Origin: Octopus vulgaris
Lineage: Eukaryota
Assembly: GCA_951406725.2 (NCBI GenBank)
Contig: OX597817.1
Coordinates: forward strand, 121,086,001 to 121,150,000
Reading direction: 5' to 3'
DNA length: 64,000 bases
The notes under the pieces were generated by a model. It ran no database searches. It was not told the origin of the DNA and was given only the letters and a program-made list of their open reading frames with translations. This document shows positions 15,338 through 28,925 of the stretch, in pieces. A program made the position numbers and the translations under genes. Positions within the stretch are counted from its first letter, which is position 1. Every line of letters begins with the position of its first letter.

Positions 15338-16110
15338 TTAAATAAGGTTTGGTAATGTGTACCATGCTTTCACTAATTGTTTTAGGTGCCTGTGAAATCA
15401 TGAACAAATATAGACATGCTCTCAGGCCTCTCATCTTGCACTCAGCAGTACATCCAGGGAGAGAGAGAGCTGCATCAGCCCTCAACTAGTACCTTATTAC
15501 AGTTAGGCAGAGTGGAACAATGTGAAATGAAATACTTAGCTCAAGGATGTAATGCACAACCTAGTTCAGGAATTGAGTCCTTGAATTCATGATCATCATC
15601 AGAACATCTGAACCACTAAGCCACAAACTTTCAGGTTGGTTATATTACCTTATAACTTAGTGACAGATATAATTCTATTGATTTCAAATTTTGACATAAA
15701 GCCATTAATTTCAGGGGAGGAGATATGTCGATTACATCGACCCCCAGTACTCAACTGGTACTTATTTTATTGACCCAGAAGATTCAAAGGCAAAGTAGAC
15801 TTTGGTGGAATTTGAACTCAGAATGTAATGACAGACTAAATGCTTCAAAACATTTTGCTCGGCAAAAGAGCATGTCTATATTTGTTCATGATTTCACAGG
15901 CACCTAAAACAATTAGTGAAAGCATGGTACACATTACCAAACCATATTTAACCTCATTTGATACCAACCTGCTTGAAACTGCCCCTACATCTATGATACT
16001 AACTCTTAGTTTAAAGGTAAATTAAATTAATAACTTCTATCAATATTCCATGCTGATTTACATTCCAAAGACCAGTTTAATAATCAGAAAGTTATTTTAA
16101 TGAATTCTTC
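15179..16110. repeat. Inverted duplication: 244-bp arms at 15179-15422 and 15867-16110
   Basis: Arms are reverse complements with about 8 mismatches by manual count; also visible as near-identical ORF translations on opposite strands. Confidence 0.95.
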
Positions 16111-16149
16111 ATTCAATTTTAATGAATTCTTCTGCCAGCTTGCCACCTT
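15682..16149 (-). mobile_element. Family A SINE split by the inverted insertion (parts ~15682-15866 and ~16130-16149)
   Basis: SINE runs to cattttgctcggca and resumes as ttctgccagcttgccacctt after the insert. Confidence 0.8.
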
Positions 16150-16157
16150 CAATGGTA

Positions 16158-16645
16158 CACTGTGTAACAAAGTTATTAGTTTTTAGTTTGTTTTTTTTGT
16201 CTTTGGTCAGTAAGTATTTTATTTCCTATTCACTTCTATCTAGAAATCAAAGAAAATGACTTCTCCCTTCAAAATTCGCTGTTGTGCCCTGGACATCAAT
16301 ATTTTGAAACTGATCTATTTTCCATTACATTTTAGACAGATCCATCACTGAACTGCTGAAACAAAAATATTGTTATAGCAAATATTCTGCTCTATACCAC
16401 AGATTTGCTTTTCAGTTGCTTAACCTTAACCACTTGAGCTTATCCCTTAGTAGCTGACAATATATGCATCACTAACCAAGAACAGGAGTAGTAGGGGAGC
16501 ACCATAGCCATATGTTGAAAGGGATTCTTTGGAGTTTGAATAACAAAAGCATAGGTTGAAGGAAACAGCCATTTATCATAGTTTCTAGGGATAAGCAAAT
16601 AGGAAATAAGTTGCAACCCAAGGACAAAAATTGTATTACACAGTG
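16158..16645. mobile_element. Non-autonomous TIR DNA element (CACTGTGTAACA ends)
   Basis: cactgtgtaaca ... tattacacagtg; collinear second copy at 39213-39725. Confidence 0.75.
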
Positions 16646-17030
16646 TTGTTGGAATATTACCATACAGGTATATTATGGACTCTCCTGTTACAGAAGACGG
16701 ATGAGGGTTCTGAGAATTTTTCCTGAACAACCTGCACAGCTGATTTGTTTATAGTGATCAAATGTCTGTGCTGCACATAAGCTCACACTCTCCATCAAAT
16801 TGACATTACCTGTACAGGTGTATGGTATGCCACATGTCGGATGTCAGAGTGGTTGCAGAGCAACATGAGATGAAGTATTTTGTTCAAAAACACAACACAC
16901 TGTAACACACCACCTGGTCGGGAAGTTGAACCCGTGATCTTGTGATTGTGAGTGCAACACTGTAACCACTATGCCCTCACACCATACAGGGTATATACAG
17001 TAATATACACCATATTGTATATACCATGAA

Positions 17031-17351
17031 TGCACATGACTTAGTGGTTAGAGTATTTGGCTTACGATCGTAAACTCATGAGTTCAATTCCCAGTAATGT
17101 GTTGTGTCCTTGAGCAAGACACTTTATTTCATGTTGCTCCAGTCCACTCAGCTGGCAAAAATGAGATGTACCTATAATTAAAAATGACCAGCCTTGTCAC
17201 ATTCTGTGTCATGCTGAATCTCTTTGAGAACTACGTTAAGTGTACACATGTCTGTGGAGCACTCAGCCACTTGCACATTAATTTCATGAGTAGTCTGTTC
17301 TGTTGGTCGGATCATCTGGAACCCTTGTCCTCATAACCAATGAAATGCCAG
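17031..17351 (+). mobile_element. tRNA-derived SINE (family B)
   Basis: tgacttagtggttag A box, gagttcaattccc B box, gtccttgagcaagacact core; homologous minus copies at ~27025-27357 and ~32415-32735. Confidence 0.85.
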
Positions 17352-17633
17352 TGTATATACCATACAGGCATATACAGTCATAAGAAGTAGCCATTGACTC
17401 AAGTTACATTAATGTTATTGTTGTTGTTTATCACAGGTTTACCCTGATTGAATGACTATGACCAAAAACTGTGACCATTCCATTTATGAACTTTGTGCAG
17501 GAAACCTAGAACCATACTGCGTAATAAGATGTCCTTCTTTAAGATGGCAGAGTTTGATTTGTGGGAAATTTGGTAGATATTTCTTGCAAGCTAGGAAATT
17601 ATGGTAGACAGTAGAGACTTCCTCTACAGTAGA

Positions 17634-17866
17634 GGTGGCGAGCTGCCAGAAACATTATCACGTTTGGTGAAATGCTTTGTGGTATTTCGTCCGCCACTAC
17701 GTTCTGAGTTCAAATTCCACCGAGGTCAACTTTGCCTTTTGTCCTTTTGGGGTTGATAAATTAAGTACCAGTTACGCACTGGGGTCGATATAATTGACTT
17801 AATACATTTGTCTGTCCTTGTTTGTCCCCTCTATATTTAGCCATTTGTAGGCAATGAAGAAATAAG
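17634..17866 (+). mobile_element. Full-length family A SINE
   Basis: Collinear with 14388-14620; decayed flanking duplication gtagagacttcctctacagt / gtagaggcattctctatggt. Confidence 0.9.
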
Positions 17867-18159
17867 TAGAGGCATTCTCTATGGTTTGATTCCAGAGCCA
17901 CAAACTCAGTGTGGAACTATATTCTGAATGGTGTATAAATTGTTTTACCAAACTTACCGAAGACACAGTACTTATTTATGGTCAAGTTTTCTCCAGAAAT
18001 TTCAGATCACACATGAACACAATGTAAAGTGGTTGGCATTAGGAAGGGCATCTAGCTGTAGAAACCAAGTCAAATCCAACTGGAACATGGTGCAACTCTC
18101 CAGCTTGTTAGCTCTGGTCAAATTGTCCAACCCATGTCAGCATAGGAAATGGACGTTAA

Positions 18160-18570
18160 GTGATGATGATGATGATGATGATAAAGATGATGATGATCAG
18201 GGGAGGGAGTATGTGATGACATCAGTTCCAATGATGATGACAATGATGATGATGACATCAGTTCCAGTTCAAGCCATTTTGTCACTTTAACTGGAATTTT
18301 TATGGAGGCAACAACGATCACCATAGCAACACAACTACAACCATGCTAACAACGACTGCTACAACAACTATCACAAAAACAATAATTGCAGTAACATCAC
18401 CAACAACTACAGCAATACCAATCAAAATGATAACAGCAACAACAGCAGCAACGATGACGACGTCAACAACAACAACAAGTGGTGATGACATCAGAAGGAC
18501 AGAGATGTGAATTTGCAGTTATCATAGTATATGGGATTCTGAAGTTTGAGTTTAACTGTTGAGAATGAGC

Positions 18571-18601
<31 letters not shown>

Positions 18602-18633
18602 GGGTGGTAGTAGTAGCAGCAGCGGCAGCAGCG

Positions 18634-18709
<76 letters not shown>

Positions 18710-18712
18710 CAA

Positions 18713-18774
<62 letters not shown>

Positions 18775-19562
18775 ATGATAAAAGTGATAATATTTGGAGT
18801 AGCAAGAATGATGAGGATAATGGTGAATATGATGATAGTGATGACGGTAGTGCTAGTAGTGGTAATGTTGATGATGGTGATGATGATGATGATGATTGTA
18901 TTGGAGAGGTATTTGGGGAGTTTGGAGTTGAGTATCAAGGGTAGTACCAGCAGTGGCAGCAGCAATAATGATGGTAATAGTGGTAGTGGTGGTAGTGGTG
19001 GTGGTGGTAGTGATTATGCTGGCAATGGTGGTTACACTTATGGGGATGGTGGCGATTGTTGTGATGGTGGTGGTGGTGGTGGTGGTTGTGGTGGTGGTAG
19101 TGGTGGTGGTGGTGGTGGTGATTATGCTGGCAATGGTGGTTACGCTTATGGGGATGGTGGTGATTGTTGTGATGGTGGTGGTGATGGTGGTGGTGGTTGT
19201 GGTGGTGGTAGTGGTGGTGGTGGTGGTGGTGGTGGTAGTGGTGGTGGTGGTGGTAGTGGTGGTGGTGGTGGTGGTGGTTATGCTGGCAGTGGTGGTTACA
19301 CTTATGGGGATGGTGGTGATTGTTGTGATGGTGGTGGCAGGAGTGATAGCAAAGGTATTGATAAAGGCAGCAATGGTTTTGGTAATAGCAGTGGTAATGA
19401 TATTGATGATGGTGGTGGTGGTGGCGGTGAAATAGTGATTGTCATGGTGGTAATGATTAAGGTGGAATTAGTTACGATGACGACGACGACACTGATGATG
19501 ATGATGATGATGATTGTGATTGTGATGATTCGATGACGACAATGGTGATGATGGTGGTGGGT
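18160..19562. repeat. Compound trinucleotide low-complexity region (GAT/CAA/AGT/AGC/GGT) containing three copies of a ~60-bp unit
   Basis: Direct reading; the unit ttatgctggcaatggtggttacacttatggggatggtggcgattgttgtgat occurs near 19012, 19120 and 19277. Confidence 0.9.
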
Positions 19563-20233
19563 TCAGCATTGTGCATCCCTTGCCTGAAAGCTTACTGATG
19601 GGCATTAAACAGGTTATGCATCTCAAGGGGATTGACAATAGCTCAGATTTCATCATCTTTCCCTATATGGCTTTGTAAATCGTGTAAGAGGAACCAGGCG
19701 ACAATTTTAATTTTATTTATTTTTTTTTTTCACTGTGTGGGGTGTAGTTTTGGGTTGGTGAAAGCAATGTTTGAGGCTTTGTAGGTATTATGTTATCTCT
19801 CTCTCTATTAAATATTTATTTCTATTGCAATGATGCAAATTATGCTATTTGATAAAGGCCTATCTGCTTAGGGAATATATACATAATGCACACATACACA
19901 CACACACACAATCATTCACACATGCATGCATGTGAGCACACACATTTAAGCGTATGCATACAAAGCTATATCTGTCTCTCTACCTCTCTCTCTTTCTCTT
20001 TCTATATACATACATATATATATATATATATATATGTATATGTGTATATATATATGTATGTATGTATGTGTATGTGTGTATACGCACATACACATACATG
20101 CACACATGTGTACATTAACATAGTTTCATACATGTATGCCTACATTCACCAAGCACACACATATGCTTATATATGTGTGTATGTGTGTATGCGAGTGTAT
20201 ATATATATATATGTATATGTGTGCATGTATGTG

Positions 20234-20288
<55 letters not shown>

Positions 20289-21721
20289 GTATATGTGTGT
20301 ATATGTATGTTTATTAGTGTGTGTATGCATATAGGCATATGTGTGTATATATGTATGTGTGTGTATATATATGTATGTATGTATATGTGTGTGTGTGGGT
20401 GGGTGCGCATGTGTGAACAACCACATAAGAGTTTGATTGTATGCATCAAGTGACCAGAACTGTGCTTATTCCATAACAATGACAAGTGACTCTCAAATGA
20501 CTCAGTCTGCTATCTGTAAATAGGTACCACATTTTCGAAACAACTCTCTACTGCAAACTGCAATAACAATGTTATTGTGACATTTATTTGCTAGCATTGT
20601 TTGAGCTCCATTCATGTTTGGGAGCCAAGAGAAAGCAATTTGAAAGATAAGAGTCATTTGTATTTAATCACAGACCAGAATTGGCTAGTCTTCCTGGTTC
20701 TTCTTGATCCACCATGCAGTTTCGATAAGGACCCTATTTTTCTTTATGAGTTGTTGCCATTGTTGTTATTGCTGTTGTTGTTGTTGCTCCTGCTGTTGTT
20801 TAACCCTTGGTAAACTCTAATCAAGCAGAAAATAGACCAATGCAAAAGCAATGTAGCCATGATCGTCTTATATTTCTAGACATAATAAGGATTGTAATAT
20901 CTAATGTGCCTTTTATTTTTTACATTTAAGACACTAGAGTGTGATTTGAGGGAAATGTAGCTGCTATTTTTAGCGGTCCATTTAGCTATATAGAGGCTTT
21001 CTTATACAGTTTCTTATTTGCCATCTTTTTTTTATTTCTATCTTTCAAGACTTCATTGTTTTATTTTGTTGATTCAAGTTTTCTATGTTCTATGGTTTTT
21101 ATCCCTAAGGGTCATCATGTTTTATGTTTGTAAATCCTGTAAGAATGGCATATTGTCCATTGTTAAACACTGGCTGGATCATTGGCAGAGGACACTGACA
21201 ATACTGCTCTAGAACCTAACCCAAAGACACCAAGAGCCATGGAATGAAGTGAAGTGAAATAAGCATGGGCCTGGGAGCAGTGGGTGCAGGGTTACAATTG
21301 CACCCCCTGGAATTTTTGTGAGGTGCAAAATCAAAATTTTCATCCCTGCTTACTTTTCTCAGGTTTAGAAAACAGTGAATAAAAAGTGATCAGTAAAATG
21401 TAGCACAAAGTCAGGTTTCTTTACAAAGAACAAGGAGCAAAAATAAAATTAAAAAAACACAAGACCTTGATTCTAAAAATTTTTGGACCTGGGTTTGTAC
21501 TCCCTAAGCAAATTTCATTCTTGAGTCAGTGGAAATAAGTGCTAAGATATTGGTTGCTTAATAATGATTCTTACACAATAGAATAACTACCTGACTTAAA
21601 TATAAGTACTAGGGTCAATATGTTCAACTAAATCCTTATAGGTGGTGTACCAGCATGGCCAGAGTCCAATGACCAAAACAGGTAAAAAAAAAAAAGATAA
21701 AGAAATTTTGGTCTCTAGATA

Positions 21722-22120
21722 ATCCTTTCTACGATGGGCACAAGGCCTAAAATTTGGGGGGAGGTGGCACAGTCGATTAGATTGACCCCAGTATGCAACT
21801 GATACTTAATTTATTGACCTTGCAAAGATGAAAGGCAAAGTCGACCTTGGTGGAATTTAAACTCAGAACATAGTGGCAGACGAAATACTTATTTCTTTAC
21901 TACTCACAAGAGGCTAAACACAGAAGGGACAAAGAAGGACAGACAAATGGATTAAGTTGATTATATCGACCCCAGTGCATAATTGGTACTTATTTAATCG
22001 ACCCCGAAAGGATGAAAGGCAAAGTCGACCCTGAAAGGAATTTTAACTCAGAACATAGTGGCAGACGAAATACTGCTAAGTATTTTGCCTGGTTTGCTAA
22101 CGTTTCTGCCAGCTCATCGC
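21722..22120 (-). mobile_element. Two adjacent family A SINE copies with different 3' tails
   Basis: The ggcaaagtcgacc...ggaatttaaactcagaacatagtggcagacgaaatact core occurs twice; the tails differ. Confidence 0.85.
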
Positions 22121-24939
22121 TTTTGGGAACCTATTTGTAGTTGCTTGACCTGACCTGAATAGCTGCAAAATTTCACTCAAATCACACCCTATTGCTTTCG
22201 GGGGGAAAAGGCAGGATGCATTGGATAATGTAGAATTAGACATACTCATCATCATTATTTAACATCTATTTTCCATGCTGGCATGGGTTGGACAGTTTTG
22301 ACAGGAGCTGGTCAGTAGGTGAGCTTCCAGGGCTCTGTGTTTGCTTTGGTATGATTTCTATGGCTAGATGCCCTTCCTAATGCCAATCACTTTACAGAGT
22401 GTACCTGGGTGGCTGCTTTTCATGTGGCACCTTTATGGCTGCTTATTATGTGACACTGGGACAGAGGCTTTTTAATATGTGACACTGGCACCTGTGAGCC
22501 TGCAAGATTAGGAATGCTCAGGTGAAAAGGGATACTGGTGACATACCTGTATGCAAGGACAACCACTTATTTACTTAGCTTGATGTGACATCTCTGTGCT
22601 ATATCCCAATATGTCTATATTATATCTGAGTGATAAAAGTTGGGACGATCATGGCTGGAATGCTGTAGGTCATATGTCTTAAATGGTCTGAGTTGAACTG
22701 GTGCAAAAGAATTACAACGGCAATAACAACTACAGCGTTCTATGAAAGAGAGAAACATGAGAGTGGTTTATCGTGACCTTCTCCAGATAGACATGAAATA
22801 TAAAATTCTGAGAGGGGAGAGTAAGAGTTAATGGATGTTTCAATGTTCATACCTTACCCCCAAAGGTATTAAGCAAATCTATCTGACACTAACACCACCG
22901 ATGGATTCAGACAGGAAATTGAAACTTTATCATCATCTGGAAGAAAGGAAAAAAGAAGACACACAGACGAACTCAGATGAACAGGAACACACACACACAC
23001 CCACAATGTGTGCATGTACACACACACAGTATGTATATGTTGCTTTGAGGTAAAATCATGCCGATTTCCTTTATATTGTGTATCAGAAGTTAACTCTTTA
23101 TGATTATTCTTCCACTGTGTAGACATATGCTGTAGCCACAAATAATTCAAAATTCATATGAACATTTTTAAAAATACATTTCTTAAACTAATTATCATGT
23201 ACCCTGTGGTGAGCGTATGCATGTGTAAGTGTTTGTGACCACACACACACACACACTCTTTCCCTCTTCCTATCAACTATATAATACATAGGCATGTGTA
23301 TATATGTGTATATATATGTGTGCATGTGTGTGTGTGTCTGCACACACACACAGATACACACACGCACATGCACACACACACATACAGATACACATGCACA
23401 CACACAGACATGCATGCACATGCACACACACACAGACATGAACTCACATTCATACCCAAGTATGGAAAGAAATAATGATAGACAGCCAGATAGACAGATA
23501 CATAGATATGTTATATAAGGAGAAAATAGCAAATTTCCTAAGGGTTAAAAAAAATAATAAATAGATATAATAACATAATACAAAAAGAAAAAAAGAAAGG
23601 AAAATAGAAAATATTAATGAATTTAAAAAGAAACAAAGAAATATATAAAAATGAAGAGATAACAAAAGAAAATTTTAATAATAATTGAAAATAAATCAGT
23701 GAAAAATAGCGAAAGGAGGAAGTGAAGTATTGGAAGAAGAGTCATAAAGATGAGAAAATAAGCTATTATCACCTAATTATGCTGAGGTGCTGAGTTACAG
23801 GTGATATATATATATATCCAGTTTCATTACTTTATTTATTTGTGAAATACTTAGGAAGAATTTCATTCGTTGTGGGAGAGAAAAATGTTTGCGTTAAAGG
23901 CGGCAACAGTTGTTTCCCTTGCATTCTTCATCACGGCTTTACTTGCATTGGTGAAAACGAAAAGAAGAAATAGGCACGACACTTTTCATTAAAATCTATA
24001 TGTGCTTGTTGCATCGCGCAGTAAATTTACCTAATAAAAATCTCCTCTTATTAAATCCATTCAGCTTGACATCGCGACAGAATCATATCTCTAAACAGCT
24101 TCAGCATTTAATAAAATGTGACTCATTTGTTAAACTATTAAACATTGCATATCATAGCTCCAATTTCAAGCTCTGCCTGGATCTATTTACACCTCTCAAC
24201 CACTCGGGGAAACAATACAGAAAAATCTAACAAAAGCTATAATATGATACTGAGTTAAGCAATCAAATTCATGAGATATGAATGAAGCACTTCCTAACCC
24301 TACCGTGAATTCTCTTCCTCTATTTTCCAAATGACCCTTTTTATTTTGCATTGCATTATTTATTTATAAGGTAGTGAGATGGCAGAAGCATTAACATAGC
24401 AGGTAAAATGCTTAGCGGAATTTCATCTTTTTTTATGTTGTAATTCAAATTCTGCCAAGGTCAACGTTGTCACTCATCATTTTTGGTTTATAAAAGATGT
24501 ACCAGTCAAGTACTGAGGGTGGGTGGGTGATTTGATTAATGTACCCCTACCCCAAAATTTCAAGGTTTGTACCTATAATAGAAAGAATTATTTATATTAT
24601 ATTATTTATTTTTTAACATTTTACCCTTAGTTGAAATAAGATTCAACTATAGCTATCTCTCTTGAGGAATGCTATAGGAATTCTATAACTGGATTGATAA
24701 GAAGCCAGTGAACTGGCAAAATCGATAAGGCATCAGACGAAATAGCTTGTGGTACCTAGTTATGGCCCTTTATATTCTCAGTTCAAATTCCATCAAAGCC
24801 ACATTTACCATTCTTCCTTCTGATACTGATTAAATAAAGTCAGTCAATTGATTTATCATAACCGCTCATGTATAAGTCACACTGTTTTTATCTTTGATTC
24901 TGACTGGGAAAGCTTTGTGGACCATTCTATATATCTCCC

Positions 24940-24998
24940 TATATATACATACATACATATATATATATATATGCATACATACATACATATCTATCTAT

Positions 24999-25041
<43 letters not shown>

Positions 25042-25072
25042 TATATGCATACATACATACATATCTATCTAT

Positions 25073-25111
<39 letters not shown>

Positions 25112-25262
25112 CATACATATCTATCTATATACATACATACATATATATATACATACATACATATCTATCTATATACATACATATATATATACATACATAC
25201 ATATCTATCTATATACATATATATATACATACATATCTATCTATATACATACATATATATAT

Positions 25263-25298
<36 letters not shown>

Positions 25299-25347
25299 GC
25301 ATATATATATATATATACATATATGTATACATACATATATATATATA

Positions 25348-25405
<58 letters not shown>
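24940..25405. repeat. (TA)n/(CATA)n microsatellite, left flank of the large palindrome
   Basis: Direct reading. Confidence 0.95.
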
Positions 25406-25409
<4 letters not shown>

Positions 25410-25688
25410 ATTAATTAATAAGGGTGAGAGAATTAGATACTAATTTAATAGTATATCTATTCAACACCAAGTGGCCTAGTGCTCCGAGAAACCTGGATTA
25501 TTATAATATTTTATAATATATTATAATATTTTTACAAAATAAATATAAGAGAGTGGTCACTATATGGCTCACTCTAGCACTAGTTAATCCAAAGGTTTCA
25601 ACCACAAAAATACATGTTTCCCATGAAAGTCAGTACGATTGTTAGCTCACACGGACAGGGCAAATAAAAAATAACAAAAATATAGATT

Positions 25689-25772
25689 ATTTTGGGACAA
25701 TTGTTTCGCTATTAATGAATTAAATGTAATTTTACTTACAAAAAAATCCACTTGTAGCTCGTCAGCCAAAAC
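25689..25772 (-). ncRNA. Type I hammerhead ribozyme (intact)
   Basis: Reverse complement of 26581-26664. Confidence 0.9.
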
Positions 25773-26580
25773 TATCTGGATGAAATCCACTCAATCACAC
25801 GCCAGATTTTACCATAACGATAAATACACGTGTGGTTCAATTGATTACATCCGACGTTATAATTCAAATGCCCCAACTAACAGCGCGCCAAACTTTCACG
25901 GAAAACAAATACTGCATTTAGAAATAAATGCAGTTTAATTATAATTAATTAATAAGGGTGAGAGAATTAGATACTAATTTAATAGTATATCTATTCAACA
26001 CCAAGTGGCCTAGTGCTCGAGAAACCTAGATTATTATAATATTTTATAATATATTATAATATTTTTACAAAATAAATATAAGAGAGTGGTCACTATATGG
26101 CTCACTCTAGCACTGGTTAATCCAAAAGGTTTCAACCACAAAAATACATGTTTCCCATGAAAGTCAGTACGGCTAACAATCGTACTGACTTTCATGGGAA
26201 ACATGTATTTTTGTGGTTGAAACCTTTTGGATTAACTAGTGCTAGAGTGAGCCATATAGTGACCACTCTCTTATATTTATTTTGTAAAAATATTATAATA
26301 TATTATAAAATATTATAATAATCCAGGTTTCTCAGAGCACTAGGCCACTTGGTGTTGAATAGATACACTATTATATTAGTATCTAATTCTCTCACCCTTA
26401 TTAATTAATTATAATTATGCTGCATTTATTTCTAAATGCAGTATTTGTTTTCCGTGAAAGTTTGGCGCGCTGTTAGTTGGGGCATTTGAATTATAAGGTC
26501 GGATGTAATCAATTGAACCACACGTGTATTTATCGTTATGGTAAAATCTGGCGTGTGATTGAGTGGATTTCATCCAGATA

Positions 26581-26664
26581 GTTTTGGCTGACGAGCTACA
26601 AGTGGATTTTTTTGTAAGTAAAATTACATTTAATTCATTAATAGCGAAACAATTGTCCCAAAAT
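26581..26664 (+). ncRNA. Type I hammerhead ribozyme (intact)
   Basis: Stem I ttttgg/ccaaaa; core CTGACGA (26588-26594); stem II gcta/tagc extended by agtggatt/aattcatt and tgtaa/ttaca; GAAA (26646-26649); stem III AC-AATT-GT; GUC site with predicted cleavage after 26657. Confidence 0.9.
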
Positions 26665-26816
26665 AATCTGTATTTTTGTTATTTTTATTTGCCCTGTCCG
26701 TGTGAGCTAACAATCGTACTGACTTTCATGGGAAACATGTATTTTTGTGGTTGAAACCTTTTGGATTAACTAGTGCTAGAGTGAGCCATATAGTGACCAC
26801 TCTCTTATATTTATTA

Positions 26817-26871
<55 letters not shown>

Positions 26872-27373
26872 GTATATATATATATATGTATATATGTATA
26901 TATATGTGTATATATATATATATATATATACACATATATATATATACATATATATATATATATGTATACATATATATATATACATACATACATGTGTGTC
27001 TGTGTGTGTATGTATGTAAGCACACTACTGGCACTCCATCAGTCATGACAAAGGTTCCAACGGATCTGATCAACAGAACTAACTCTGAACGGATGAAAGT
27101 TAAAGTGCAAGAGGCTGAGTACTCGACAGACATGTGTACTCTTATTGTAGTTTCTCAGGTAGATTCAGCATGACACAGAGTGTGACAAGGCTAGCCCTTT
27201 GAAATACAGCTACTACTCATTTTTGCTGCCAGCTGAGTGGACTGGAGCAACGTGAAATAAAGTGTCTTGCTGAAGGACACAACACATCACTGAGGATTGA
27301 ACTCGTGACCTTACGATCGTCAACTGAATACCTTAACCACTAAGTCATGTGCCTTCATATATATATATGTGTG

Positions 27374-27435
<62 letters not shown>

Positions 27436-27744
27436 GTGGGTTACACTCATAACCCCTATCTCACTTTATATATATATATATAGGTTGCAAATTCCGGCAC
27501 AAGACTAGCAATAAAAGAATATGTGTGTAGGCTGCGCTGGAGTAAACTGATTGATCATGTTGACATCAGTGCACAATTTGTAATTATTTTACTAACTCTG
27601 AACGGATGAAAGTTAAAGTGCACCTTGGTGGAATTTGAAAACGGAATATAAATATAGATAGAATGCTGCTAAAAAAATTTTCCTGGTGCTTTAATGATTC
27701 TACCAGTTCACCTCCATTGTATATATGTGTGTGTGTGTGTATGT

Positions 27745-28062
27745 GGGCATTTTCTATCATAGCTTTGGGCTGGGCAAAGCCTTGTGAGTGGATTTTGTAG
27801 ATGGAAACTGAAAGAAGCCTGTCATATATATATATGTGTGTGCATGTTTGTGTGTCTGTGTTTGTCCCCCTCACCATCACTTGGCAACTGATGTTAGTGT
27901 GTTTATATCCCCGTAACTTAGCAGTTCAGCAGAAGAGACCGATAGAATAAGTGCTAGGCTTACAAAGAATAAGTCCTGGGGTTGATTTGTTAGACTAAAA
28001 GTGGTGAATTCCACCATTCCAACTATGGAATTCCTAGTCTAATGACTGAAACAAGTAGAAGA
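27745..28062 (+). mobile_element. Family C SINE, 5'-truncated
   Basis: Matches the reverse complement of 47816-48216 (aaagccttgtgagtggattt...gaaactgaaagaagcctgtc...aatgactgaaacaagta). Confidence 0.8.
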
Positions 28063-28683
28063 TGATATATAAATATATATAAAGAGAGAGAGAAAGAGAA
28101 ATGTAGATGAGGGGGGAATATAGAGAGAAATATAATATAATGAATGTTATTCCCTATATAGGTAAAACAAAGATATGAAGTAAATAAAGGACTCAATGCA
28201 TAATATACAAAGTATTATTAATTTTGGCAGGAAAAATATTGAATAGTGTCTTTGAAATTAGCTTCGTCAGCTTTCCAAACTGAACAATTTGTTAAGTCAA
28301 TGAAAGTGAAACTTGAAAGTCGTTATCACTTTTTGTTATCTTATATGTGTGTGTGTCGATATATACGTACACACACAAACATACATGCACACACACACAC
28401 ACACACTCAGAGTTTATATCGATTTAAAAGAAGAAATGAAAATGGATATAATGTAAGTTAATAATTATTATTAACAAAAAGGTCATCTTCAAGACAACCA
28501 ATTTGTTAATAATAAACACTTATTAACTTCCTTATCTTCATTTTCTTTTCTTCTTTTAAATGGATATAAACTACATGCTTAATATATACCTATTGTTTTA
28601 AGGGAATTTCATTCCCCCAAAATATCAGTTATTGAACCTTGGATGCAACCATCCCTTCATGAGGTTACATATCCTCTAATTAA

Positions 28684-28716
<33 letters not shown>

Positions 28717-28877
28717 TATGCATATATATGCATATATATTGGCCTGCTCGCTTAGCCAGCGGGGTGGCGTCATTCGAAGGCTAAAACAATGCGAACGCAT
28801 TGTGACCAGCGATGTGTAACAACATCTGCAAAGTTATCACAAAACTATTACAGTCAGTTGTAATGAATAACATTAAT

Positions 28878-28925
28878 CAAAACTGTCTGATGAATGGGCA
28901 CATGAAACTCTGAATAACAGTTTTG
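28878..28925 (+). ncRNA. Minimal type I hammerhead ribozyme
   Basis: 9-bp stem I caaaactgt/acagttttg; CTGATGA; stem II atg-ggca-cat; GAAA-CTCTGAATA (one mismatch versus ACTC-T-GAGT-A). Confidence 0.75.

Larger units (their letters stand above)
25406..26815. mobile_element. Hammerhead-bearing non-autonomous Penelope-like/retrozyme-like element: 534-nt tandem monomer in a fold-back palindrome
   Basis: 25406 recurs at 25940 and 26172 recurs at 26706 (period 534); 26181-26815 is the reverse complement of ~25538-26171; one hammerhead per arm; (TA)n on both sides. Confidence 0.85.
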
